A stretch of DNA of 64,000 nt, taken from the NCBI GenBank assembly GCA_017987115.1, contig JAGNUG010000001.1, forward strand, positions 33,405 through 97,404, given 5' to 3'. This DNA is from Flavobacteriales bacterium. Its GTDB lineage: Bacteria > Bacteroidota > Bacteroidia > Flavobacteriales_F > PHOS-HE28. Below, one piece after another: positions 50,890 through 59,201 of the stretch. The notes under the pieces were generated by a model. The model made no database searches, was not told the origin of the DNA, and saw only the letters and a program-made list of their open reading frames with translations. Position numbers and translations under genes: made by a program. Positions within the stretch are counted from its first letter, which is position 1. The number at the start of each line of letters is the position of its first letter.

Positions 50890-51061
50890 TGTCGTTGTGC
50901 GTTCGTGTATGTCAAATATAAGCCTTCACAACCAGTTGTTTGAACGGCTGCACAACTGTACGCGCTTTGGCAGATCACTCCTGCGCTAACACTGTACAAG
51001 GTACCCGTATTCTTGGTACGGTGTGCAACTAGTGAAACAACGAACCCACCCCACACAACGC

Positions 51062-51093
51062 AAAAAACCCCGGCACAACGGCCGGGGCTTTTT
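51062..51093 (-). terminator. Bidirectional rho-independent terminator
   Basis: The stem-loop is CCCCGGC-ACAACG-GCCGGGG, flanked by AAAAAA 5' and CTTTTT 3'. It lies about 55 nt past the stop at 51147. Confidence 0.7.
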
Positions 51094-51146
51094 ACAGTTC
51101 GTAGAAGGTAGTTCATGCTGCCCGCTCGTGGCAGCGCGCGGTTGGC

Positions 51147-51767
51147 TTATGCAGCGCGTACTATTGCAGGATCGCTCTTAAGGCCTTCGCCCGCTGCGCC
51201 AATTGCGCTAATAGCGAACCAATAGGGCTTGTAGCTCTCCAAATTATCCACCGTGTGGTTCACCTTGGTGGTAATGGCTACAACTGCCCAGCTGCTGAAC
51301 TCGGCCGGGTCCTTGTCCGTCATCCACACATGGTAGGCACTTGTACCGTTCTCACCGGTCCAACGCAACTGCGCTTGGCCTTGCTTACCGGTCATCTTCG
51401 CGATCTTTATCTCCGGTGTGCCGGGTAACCCAATACGCTCCGGCTGCTTGCGCAGGTCGAAACCGCTGCTTTCCAGCATTACGCGATCGCCCAAGCAAAC
51501 ACTGCGCACATAGTCCGCCTGTGCCCGCAGCATTTCACCGATATCGAGTGCTAATGCATCGCGCATCAGCTTACTCTGCCTGCTGCCCGCAGTAGCCGCT
51601 TGTATGGCTACTTCGAACTCATCGGCCTTTGCCGTCATGGTTGCCAAGCTCACCACGGGTGTGGGGAAGAAGGCATTGCCCGTTAACTTGGTTATTACGT
51701 TACGTACCAGCGCAAGCAACGCAATAGGGATCAATTTGTAGAGGGATAGTTTGATATTGCTTTTCAT
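51147..51767 (-). CDS. Hypothetical protein with C-terminal fibronectin type III-like domain
   Basis: The N-terminus is hydrophobic. An FN3-like region is present (QAQLRWTGENGTSAYHVWMTDKD...YKPYWFAISAIGAAG). Confidence 0.45.
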   Translation of the reverse strand: MKSNIKLSLYKLIPIALLALVRNVITKLTGNAFFPTPVVSLATMTAKADEFEVAIQAATAGSRQSKLMRDALALDIGEMLRAQADYVRSVCLGDRVMLESSGFDLRKQPERIGLPGTPEIKIAKMTGKQGQAQLRWTGENGTSAYHVWMTDKDPAEFSSWAVVAITTKVNHTVDNLESYKPYWFAISAIGAAGEGLKSDPAIVRAA

Positions 51768-52019
51768 CGTTTTTGTTTTAGTCCCCGGCAGAACCGGGGT
51801 GGTTAGGGCCTCTCAACGCCGCCAATTCCAGAAGGTTCAGAACCGCTCCTGGTTATGCCAATTCCGCATATTCGCATACTGCGGAACAGGCCTGTACCAT
51901 GCGGGCAATTCCAGATCCTATGCGGAATCGGAATAGTTTATTCCAGTTCGGAATAATGGGCCGTGTTCGCATGCACATGCCTCTTAAGCATACCTCGTGT
52001 TGAAGTGTCTAGTGGTAAT

Positions 52020-52364
52020 ACTTCAATCTAAGTCGTCCATGACCTCAACATAAGTCGACCCATACTTCAACATAAGGTGACCATGACCTTAACATAAGTC
52101 GCCCCATACTTCAACATAAGGTGACCATGACCTCAACATAAGTCGACCCATACTTCAACATAAGGTGACCATGACCTCAACCTAAGTTGACCCATACTTC
52201 AACATAAGGTGACCACGACCTAAACATAAGTTGCCCTATACTTCAACATAAGGTGACCATGACCTCAACATAAGTCGACCCATACTTCAACATAAGGTGA
52301 CTATGACCTCAACATAAGTTGCCCTATACTTCAACATAAGGTGACCATGACCTAAACCTAAGTA
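52020..52364. repeat. Tandem direct-repeat array: 8 x 44 bp, each made of two related 22-bp half-units (16 x 22 bp)
   Basis: The unit is ACTTCAACATAAGGTGACCATG + ACCTCAACATAAGTCGACCCAT, repeated head-to-tail with only point substitutions. There are no spacers. Stop codons occur in all frames. Confidence 0.9.
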
Positions 52365-52436
52365 TTCGCTGAACAAGGGAATAATGCACGCACGGCAGCC
52401 ACCATTGCTGGTGCGCCTTGCCCGGCTGTAAAGACC

Positions 52437-52754
52437 CTACGCGCTAGGCGGTGCGTCTCCTGCTGGTGGTGGTATGCCCAACGCCTGTTGCCTGCTTTCA
52501 TAGTTGAGCTGTTGCCTGCGTGGGTGTTGCTCCATTAGGAACTCACCGATGTCGCAACCGAACACACGTGCATAGCAGACCGCACTGTGCAAGCCCAGTT
52601 CATGCCGCCCATTTTCCGTTTTGCTGATCACGCTTTGGCAAATACCTACCTCCAGCGCCAAGGCGGTCTGTTTCCAATTATACTGTTTACGCAATTCGTA
52701 CAAACGGGCGCCATACATTTCATTGATCGCTTTCTTGTCTTTTTTAGAGGCCAT
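52437..52754 (-). CDS. XRE-family helix-turn-helix transcriptional regulator
   Basis: The HTH_3 motif is QTALALEVGICQSVISKTENG. The Met at 52754 was chosen. The C-terminal tail is Pro-rich. Confidence 0.65.
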   Translation of the reverse strand: MASKKDKKAINEMYGARLYELRKQYNWKQTALALEVGICQSVISKTENGRHELGLHSAVCYARVFGCDIGEFLMEQHPRRQQLNYESRQQALGIPPPAGDAPPSA

Positions 52755-52997
52755 CTTGGATCTGTGTTCGTAAGGAAAAGGGGCTCCGCGCCAAAGTGGG
52801 TGAAAGGATGAACCTTTTCCCAACTCCCGAAATACCTGTTTATGGGTATTTTTTAGTGCGCGCTATAGAGTAAGGATGAGGTGTGTGGGTTTTGTAAGGG
52901 ATAAAGTACATGGAGTAGACCGCTATTTGCTTTTGCGCAAACCACAAAACGCAAGGCATGTGCCGTGCATTAATATGGTTGGTCTAAGTTTACCAAC

Positions 52998-54659
52998 GTG
53001 ATGACGAAAACTGCCGAGAAACCGAAGCCGAAAGGCAAAACTGCCAAGCAACCAAAAGCCACTGAGCACGCCACGCTCCAGCGTGGCCGCACTGAAAATG
53101 CCGGGCAGGCCGAAGGCCGGGAGCCCGGCGAACCCAGCAACGGTGGTAAGAAGAAAAGGGCCACGCTGGAGCGTGGTGAGCCCAGCAAGAAGAACAATGG
53201 TTCCGCTTTCGAGCAAGCTTTTAAGAACATCGATGATGCGCTCTGGAAGGACCCCGGCTGCACCAGCGAACTGGACTACACCGAGCAGACCAGCTGGATA
53301 CTCTTTTTAAAATACCTCGAAGACCTGGAGGAGACCAAGCAGATGGATGCCGAGTTGCAAGACAAGAAGTATGTGCCCATTATTGCAAGCAGTTTCCGTT
53401 GGCCGGTATGGGCTTGCCCGAAGGACAAGGAAGGAAAGCTGGACCACCACAAAGCCCTGAGCGGAACGGACCTTGTGGAGTTCGTGAACCAGCAGCTCTT
53501 CCCTTACCTGAAGGGCTTCAAGCAGAAGGCCACCGGACCCAACACCATCGAATACAAGATCGGCGAGATCTTCTCGGAGATCAACAACAAGGTGCAGAGC
53601 GGCTACACCCTGCGCGATGTGCTGGACCATGTGGATGCCCTGCACTTCCGCAGCCAGGAGGAGAAGCACGAGCTGAGCCACCTCTACGAGGCCAAGATCA
53701 AGAACATGGGCAATGCCGGGCGCAACGGCGGCGAGTACTACACCCCGCGCCCGCTCATCAAAGCCATTGTGCAAGTGGTGGACCCACAAGTGGGCGAAAC
53801 CGTGTATGACGGTGCCGTGGGCAGCGCGGGCTTCCTGTGCGAGGCCTTCGACCACATGAGCGCCAGCGCCAAGAGCACCAGCGCGCAGAAGACCTTGCAG
53901 GAAAAAACCTTCTACGGCAAGGAGAAGAAGAGCCTGGCCTATGTGATCGGCATCATGAACATGATCCTGCACGGCATCGAGGCGCCCAACATCATCCACA
54001 CCAACACGCTCAGCGAGAACCTCGGCGACATACAGCCGAAGGACCAATACGATGTGGTGCTGGCCAACCCGCCCTTCGGTGGCAAGGAGCGGCCGGAAGT
54101 GCAGCAGAACTTCCCGATCAAGACGGGCGAGACCGCCTTCCTCTTCCTACAGCACTTCATCAAAAGCCTGAAGGCGGGCGGCCGCGCGGGCATCGTGATC
54201 AAGAACACCTTCTTGAGCAACACCGACAACGCCAGCATCAGCTTGCGGCGCAAGTTGCTGGAGGACTGCGACCTGCACACCATCCTGGACATGCCCAGCG
54301 GCACCTTCCAAGGGGCGGGCGTAAAGACCGTGGTGCTCTTTTTTGAGAAAGGGAAGAAGACGCGGAAGACTTGGTACTACCAGCTGGACCCCGGCCGCAA
54401 CATGGGCAAGACCAACCCGCTGAACGAGGCGGACATGGCCGAGTTCGTAAAGCTGGCGAAGACCAAGGGCGATAGCGCGAACAGTTGGTGTGTGAACACG
54501 AGCGAGGTGAACACGGATACCTACGACCTCAGTGCGAAGAACCCGAACGGACCGGAGGAAGCCCCGCTGCGCGACCCTAAGACCATCCTGCACGAAATGC
54601 GCGACCTGGATGCCAAGACCAAGGGCTTGTTGGACAACATCATGACGCTGCTGAAATGA
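52998..54659 (+). CDS. hsdM: Type I restriction-modification system methyltransferase subunit HsdM, with a Lys-rich REP-derived N-terminal extension
   Basis: It is an N6-adenine MTase with motif I GSAGFL and motif IV NPPFGGKE. HsdM-type TRD-contact regions are present (YYTPRPLIKAIV). The first 65 aa or so have no HsdM counterpart and contain translated REP palindromes. Confidence 0.85.
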   Translation: MMTKTAEKPKPKGKTAKQPKATEHATLQRGRTENAGQAEGREPGEPSNGGKKKRATLERGEPSKKNNGSAFEQAFKNIDDALWKDPGCTSELDYTEQTSWILFLKYLEDLEETKQMDAELQDKKYVPIIASSFRWPVWACPKDKEGKLDHHKALSGTDLVEFVNQQLFPYLKGFKQKATGPNTIEYKIGEIFSEINNKVQSGYTLRDVLDHVDALHFRSQEEKHELSHLYEAKIKNMGNAGRNGGEYYTPRPLIKAIVQVVDPQVGETVYDGAVGSAGFLCEAFDHMSASAKSTSAQKTLQEKTFYGKEKKSLAYVIGIMNMILHGIEAPNIIHTNTLSENLGDIQPKDQYDVVLANPPFGGKERPEVQQNFPIKTGETAFLFLQHFIKSLKAGGRAGIVIKNTFLSNTDNASISLRRKLLEDCDLHTILDMPSGTFQGAGVKTVVLFFEKGKKTRKTWYYQLDPGRNMGKTNPLNEADMAEFVKLAKTKGDSANSWCVNTSEVNTDTYDLSAKNPNGPEEAPLRDPKTILHEMRDLDAKTKGLLDNIMTLLK

Positions 54660-55753
54660 GAACCGCACATCCTTGGCCATTGGAAAGATTCGGCGAGGTA
54701 CTTGAGATCCGAAACGGTCGCAACCAACGTGAGGTTGAGAACGCTTCCGGACCTTATCCGATTTACGGCAGTGGTGGCGTCATGGGCTACGCCTCCGACT
54801 ATATCTGCGAAGCCAATACGACCATCATTGGACGTAAAGGCTCGATCAATAACCCGCTTTATGTTGAAGAGCGGTTCTGGACAGTTGACACTGCATTTGG
54901 CCTACATCACAAAGAGCGGCTTCATCCCCGCTTTTTGTATTACTACTGTTTGCATTATGATTTCAGCAAGCACAATCGCGGGACAACGATTCCAAGTCTG
55001 GTAAAGACAGAGTTACTGGAGATACGAATGCCCATTCCGCCCCTCCCCGAACAACAGCGGATCGTGGGGAAGTTGGATGCGGCCTTTGCAGCGCTCACGG
55101 AGGCGCAGGCCCACGTGGAGCGCAACCGGGCCAACGCGCGGGAGCTGTTCGAGAGCTATTTGAATGGGGTGCGCAACGAAATATCTTCAAATTGGCCTGA
55201 GAAATCTTTAGGGGAAGTTTGTGAGTATCAGAATGGAAAAGCACATGAAAAATGCATTGACCCAAATGGAAAATACATTGTCATAAACTCTAAATTCGTT
55301 TCTACTGAAGGCAAAAAATTTAAAAGGTCAAAACATAACTTGTTGCCGTTGGTACCTAACGATATCGTAATGGTCCTAAGTGACGTGCCGAATGGCAGAG
55401 CTTTAGCTAAATGCTTTTTAGTAGATAAGGCCAATACATATACATTGAATCAGCGAATATGCGTATTTCGTTCAAGCCATTTTGACACTAACTTTCTATT
55501 CTTTCAGCTAAACCGCAACAAGCACTTTTTAGCTTTCAACAACGGTGAGAATCAAACCAATATGCGGTTGAATCAGGTTCTTAGTTGCCCATTATTTGTT
55601 CCGCCTATTGCTGAGCAGAAAGAATTTGAATCAAGGCTTCGTAAAATGTCGGAAAAAGCTGAACACCTCGAAACCACCTACGCCCAAAAGCTGAGCGAGC
55701 TGGAGGAGTTGAAGAAAAGTATATTGGGTGCGGCGTTTAGGGGGGAGTTATGA
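54656..55753 (+). CDS. hsdS: Type I R-M specificity subunit HsdS
   Basis: Two target-recognition domains are separated by conserved helical spacers (LPEQQRIVGKLDAAFAALTEAQ, LFVPPIAEQKEFE). It is coupled with 4-nt overlaps to both hsdM and the downstream ORF. Confidence 0.8.
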   Translation: MRTAHPWPLERFGEVLEIRNGRNQREVENASGPYPIYGSGGVMGYASDYICEANTTIIGRKGSINNPLYVEERFWTVDTAFGLHHKERLHPRFLYYYCLHYDFSKHNRGTTIPSLVKTELLEIRMPIPPLPEQQRIVGKLDAAFAALTEAQAHVERNRANARELFESYLNGVRNEISSNWPEKSLGEVCEYQNGKAHEKCIDPNGKYIVINSKFVSTEGKKFKRSKHNLLPLVPNDIVMVLSDVPNGRALAKCFLVDKANTYTLNQRICVFRSSHFDTNFLFFQLNRNKHFLAFNNGENQTNMRLNQVLSCPLFVPPIAEQKEFESRLRKMSEKAEHLETTYAQKLSELEELKKSILGAAFRGEL

Positions 55754-56823
55754 AGCAGTACATTTACACTGGGCTCGCCGGGCTCCAGCCCGGCTCTTCA
55801 GCCACTACTGGCAATAGTCGGTTCGCCACGCTCCAGCGTGGCTCTTCAATACAGGCCAAGCTAGAGCTTGGCGAACCCAGCAATAGTGCCAAGCTGGAGC
55901 TTGGCGAACCCAGTGTTGGTGCAGTTGGTAATAGTGCCAAGCTGGAGCTTGGCGAACCCAGTGTTGGTGCAGTTGGTAATAGTGCCAAGCTGGAGCTTGG
56001 CGAGCCCAGTGGTGGTGCAGTTGGTAGTAGTGCCAAGCTGGAGCTTGGCGAACCCAGTGGTGGTGCAGCTGGTAATAGTGCCAAGCTGGAGCTTGGCGAG
56101 CCCAGTGGGGAGCCCAGTGGTGAATTGAAGTGGACGGACCGGGGTTATATGCCACACGTCGATGGCCAACATTTGATCCAACACGTTAGCTATCATCTAG
56201 CGGATAGTTTGCCGAAGGAGGCGCTGGAGCAGATGAGTGTTCAATTGAAAAGCCTACCTCCGAAGTTGCGCGATGCGGAGAAGGAAAAACGTATTGCGGC
56301 GTACATCGATGCAGGAAAAGGCAGTTGTGTGCTGCGTGTTCCGGAGATCGCTGAGATGGTACAGAACGCATTCCTGTTGTTCCATGGTGAGCGGTACATC
56401 TTGCATGCGTGGTGTGTGATGCCTAACCATGTGCATGTCCTCTTTCAACCAGTGCAAGGTTGGTCAATGAGCAAGATCGTGGCTTCGTGGAAGTCCTATA
56501 CCGGGCGGCGCATCAGTGAGTATTTGAAATCCACTGGGCTCGCCGGGCTCCCGGCCTATGGCCTGCCCGGCTCTTCAGCTACTGCTAACAACAGTCGGTA
56601 CGCGCTCCAGCGTGGCACTTCCTCTTCTAAACACTCCCCGATCTGGCATCGCGAGTACTGGGACCGCTATATTCGGGACCGCACGCATTATTCGAACGTT
56701 GTGAAATACATCCACGAGAATCCGGTGAAGGCCAAGTTGGTATCGAGGCCGGAGGATTGGAAATGGTCGTCTGCATTTGCTGGGCTCGCCACTCACCAGC
56801 GTGGCTCTTCCTCTGAACAATGA
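55750..56823 (+). CDS. rayT: REP-associated tyrosine transposase (RayT, IS200/IS605 Y1 family) with REP-derived in-frame segments
   Basis: The HuH motif is HAWCVMPNHVHVLF. The C-terminal motif WHREYWDRYIRDRTHYSNVVKYIHENPVKAKLV is typical of RayT/TnpA_REP. The core probably starts at the Met at 56149. The first 133 codons are translated REP repeats. Confidence 0.75.
   Translation: MKQYIYTGLAGLQPGSSATTGNSRFATLQRGSSIQAKLELGEPSNSAKLELGEPSVGAVGNSAKLELGEPSVGAVGNSAKLELGEPSGGAVGSSAKLELGEPSGGAAGNSAKLELGEPSGEPSGELKWTDRGYMPHVDGQHLIQHVSYHLADSLPKEALEQMSVQLKSLPPKLRDAEKEKRIAAYIDAGKGSCVLRVPEIAEMVQNAFLLFHGERYILHAWCVMPNHVHVLFQPVQGWSMSKIVASWKSYTGRRISEYLKSTGLAGLPAYGLPGSSATANNSRYALQRGTSSSKHSPIWHREYWDRYIRDRTHYSNVVKYIHENPVKAKLVSRPEDWKWSSAFAGLATHQRGSSSEQ
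55769..56105. repeat. REP/BIME-like palindrome cluster: composite 80-bp element plus 6 tandem 48-bp units carrying GCCAAGCTGGAGCTTGGC
   Basis: The 18-bp palindromes fit GCCNNGCTSSAGCNNGGC. Instances are GCCGGGCTCCAGCCCGGC at 55777, GCCACGCTCCAGCGTGGC at 55825, and six GCCAAGCT(GG/AG)AGCTTGGC copies with 48-bp period. Further copies lie at 53070, 53160, about 56535-56612, 56780-56810 and 57210. Confidence 0.85.
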
Positions 56824-59153
56824 ACGAAGCCGAAACACGCGCCGAACTGATCGACCCCGCACTACTTGCGGCGGGCTGGGGCGTTGTGGAGGGCAGTCGC
56901 GTGCGGCGTGAGTACATTATTACCCTGGGCCGTTTGCAGGGCGCTGCTGGCAAACGCAACACCCCGGAGATCGCCGACTACGTGCTGGAATACAAAGGCC
57001 GTATGGTCGCCGTGATAGAGGCAAAGAAGGCAAGTCTACCGGTAAGTCAAGGATTGGGCCAAGCCAAGAAGTATGCAGATAAATTGAGGGTGCGGCACGC
57101 ATACAGCACCAACGGCAAAGGCATCTACGCCTTGGACATGCTGGTAGGCCGTGAGGGTGACATTGCAGGATGGCCTACACCGGATGAGTTGTGGAAGTTG
57201 GTACAACCGGCCACGCTGGAGCGCGGCCAGCCCAACGTTAATTGGACGGACCGTTTCGGTCTTGTACCCTTCGAAGACAAAAGCGGTAGCTGGCAACCGC
57301 GCTACTACCAAGACCTCGCCATTCAACGCGTGTTGGATAAGATCGCAGAGGGTAAGGATCGCATCTTGCTTACGCTTGCTACCGGCACGGGCAAAACGGC
57401 GATCGCATTCCAGATCGCTTGGAAATTATTCGAGAGCCGATGGAATTTGAAACGCGATGGCGAACGTCGTCCGCGCATTCTGTTTTTAGCGGATCGGAAT
57501 ATTCTTGCCAACCAAGCATTCAATTCATTCAGCGCATTTCCGGAGGATGCCTTGGTGCGCATCGATCCGGCGAGCATCAAGAAGAAAGGCAAGGTGCCGA
57601 CCAACGGCAGCATCTTCTTTACCATCTTCCAAACGTTCATGTCAGGACCGGATGATACACCCTACTTCGGTGATTATCCAGTTGACTTCTTTGATCTGAT
57701 CATCATCGATGAGTGCCACCGCGGTGGTGCCAATGATGAAAGCTCGTGGCGCGATATCCTCACCTATTTCAAACCGGCAGTGCAACTGGGCCTCACCGCA
57801 ACACCCAAGCGCGACCAGAATGTGGATACCTACAAGTACTTCGGTGATCCGGTGTATGTGTATTCGCTCAAAGAAGGGATCAACGACGGGTACCTAACGC
57901 CATTCAAAGTGCGGCAGATCACCACCACGTTGGATGAATACACCTACACGAATGATGATGGGGTGGAAGAAGGCGAGGCCGAACAAGGGCGTACCTACAG
58001 CGAAGCAGATTTCAACAAGATCATCGAGATCAAGGAACGGGAAGCCTATCGCGTAAGGACCTTCATGGACATGATCGATCAGCGGCAGAAAACGTTGGTG
58101 TTCTGTGCCACACAATTGCACGCCTTGGCGGTGCGCGATCTGATCAACCAATACAAGACCAGCCCGGACCCGCACTACTGCGAGCGGGTTACAGCGGATG
58201 ACGGCAAGATCGGCGAACAACACCTGCGCAATTTTCAGGACAACGAACACACCATCCCTACCATCCTCACCACCAGTCAAAAACTGAGCACCGGTGTTGA
58301 TGCCCGCAACATCCGCAACATCGTATTGATGCGGCCGGTGAACAGTATGATCGAGTTCAAGCAGATCGTTGGTCGCGGTACGCGCTTGTATGATGGCAAG
58401 GACTATTTCACCATCTATGATTTCGTTAAAGCGCATCAGCATTTCCAAGACCCTGAATGGGATGGTGAGCCGCTGGATCCGGGTCCTCCACGGGAGCCGA
58501 AGATCAGCGCACCGTACCCGCCTCCCGATCCGAATGACCAATTGGTCGATCCACCAGGAGAGGTGGAGCGCAAGATCCTACGTATAAAACTTGCAGATGG
58601 CAAGGAGCGGCAGATCCAGCACACATCAAAAACATCGTTCTGGAGTCCGGATGGTACACCGATCAGTGCACCGGAATTCATCAAGTTGCTATTTGGAGAA
58701 TTGCCGCAATTGTTCAAGAATGAAGATGAGCTACGCGCGTTGTGGAGCCGGCCGGATACCCGCAAAAAGTTGTTGGAAGAACTCGGTGAGAAAGGCTTCC
58801 CAATGAATCAATTGGAAGACCTGCAACGCTTGATCGATGCAGAGAAAAGCGACCTCTTCGATGTACTCGCCTACGTGGCTTACAACAATGCCACGCAACT
58901 GCGCACGGAGCGAGCAAACGCAGCCCGCAACCACTTCGATACCTATGCGGACAAGCAACGCGCATTCCTCGATTTTGTACTACAGCATTACGTGCGGGAC
59001 GGAGTAAAGGAACTGGACCAAGAGAAACTACCGCAACTGCTCTTGCTCAAATACAAGACGCTACCCGATGCCACAAAAGAGCTCGGCGACATAGCAGCCA
59101 TCCGCGAAACCTTCTTCGGGTTCCAGCAGTGGTTGTATGGGGGAGTAGGGTAA
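56820..59153 (+). CDS. hsdR: Type I restriction enzyme R subunit HsdR
   Basis: The N-terminal nuclease-domain start (MNEAETRAELIDPALLAAGW) is canonical. SF2 helicase motifs are LATGTGKT (I) and DECHRG (II). An ATLERG palindrome insertion lies at 57210. Confidence 0.85.
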   Translation: MNEAETRAELIDPALLAAGWGVVEGSRVRREYIITLGRLQGAAGKRNTPEIADYVLEYKGRMVAVIEAKKASLPVSQGLGQAKKYADKLRVRHAYSTNGKGIYALDMLVGREGDIAGWPTPDELWKLVQPATLERGQPNVNWTDRFGLVPFEDKSGSWQPRYYQDLAIQRVLDKIAEGKDRILLTLATGTGKTAIAFQIAWKLFESRWNLKRDGERRPRILFLADRNILANQAFNSFSAFPEDALVRIDPASIKKKGKVPTNGSIFFTIFQTFMSGPDDTPYFGDYPVDFFDLIIIDECHRGGANDESSWRDILTYFKPAVQLGLTATPKRDQNVDTYKYFGDPVYVYSLKEGINDGYLTPFKVRQITTTLDEYTYTNDDGVEEGEAEQGRTYSEADFNKIIEIKEREAYRVRTFMDMIDQRQKTLVFCATQLHALAVRDLINQYKTSPDPHYCERVTADDGKIGEQHLRNFQDNEHTIPTILTTSQKLSTGVDARNIRNIVLMRPVNSMIEFKQIVGRGTRLYDGKDYFTIYDFVKAHQHFQDPEWDGEPLDPGPPREPKISAPYPPPDPNDQLVDPPGEVERKILRIKLADGKERQIQHTSKTSFWSPDGTPISAPEFIKLLFGELPQLFKNEDELRALWSRPDTRKKLLEELGEKGFPMNQLEDLQRLIDAEKSDLFDVLAYVAYNNATQLRTERANAARNHFDTYADKQRAFLDFVLQHYVRDGVKELDQEKLPQLLLLKYKTLPDATKELGDIAAIRETFFGFQQWLYGGVG

Positions 59154-59201
59154 AGCATCGAATATATCAGAATCAAACAAATTTCATTTCAACGACCACT
59201 A

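Noticed and set aside
51768-52019. Several short inverted repeats (for example GGAATAGTTTATTCC, ATTCCGCATA...TATGCGGAAT) upstream of the FN3 gene
   Set aside because: They are short and imperfect. They may be operator sites, but there is not enough evidence to call them individually. They are mentioned only as context for the adjacent 22-bp array.
52020-52364. Possible CRISPR array
   Set aside because: The repeats are strictly head-to-tail with no unique spacers between them. The half-units are 22 bp. No cas genes lie nearby. It is a tandem repeat, not CRISPR.
53307-54680. Minus-strand ORFs (246 aa, 177 aa, 121 aa) and a plus-strand Arg/His/Pro-rich ORF (53837..54346) inside hsdM
   Set aside because: hsdM is strongly supported by methyltransferase motifs. 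The overlapping frames are compositional artefacts.
55764-56196. Overlapping ORFs of 86-116 aa on both strands in the REP array region (55868..56128 +, 55764..56084 -, 55805..56155 -, 55861..56196 -)
   Set aside because: These are artefacts of the palindromic 48-bp tandem repeats, which stay open in several frames and both orientations. They have repetitive low-complexity translations and no independent gene signals.
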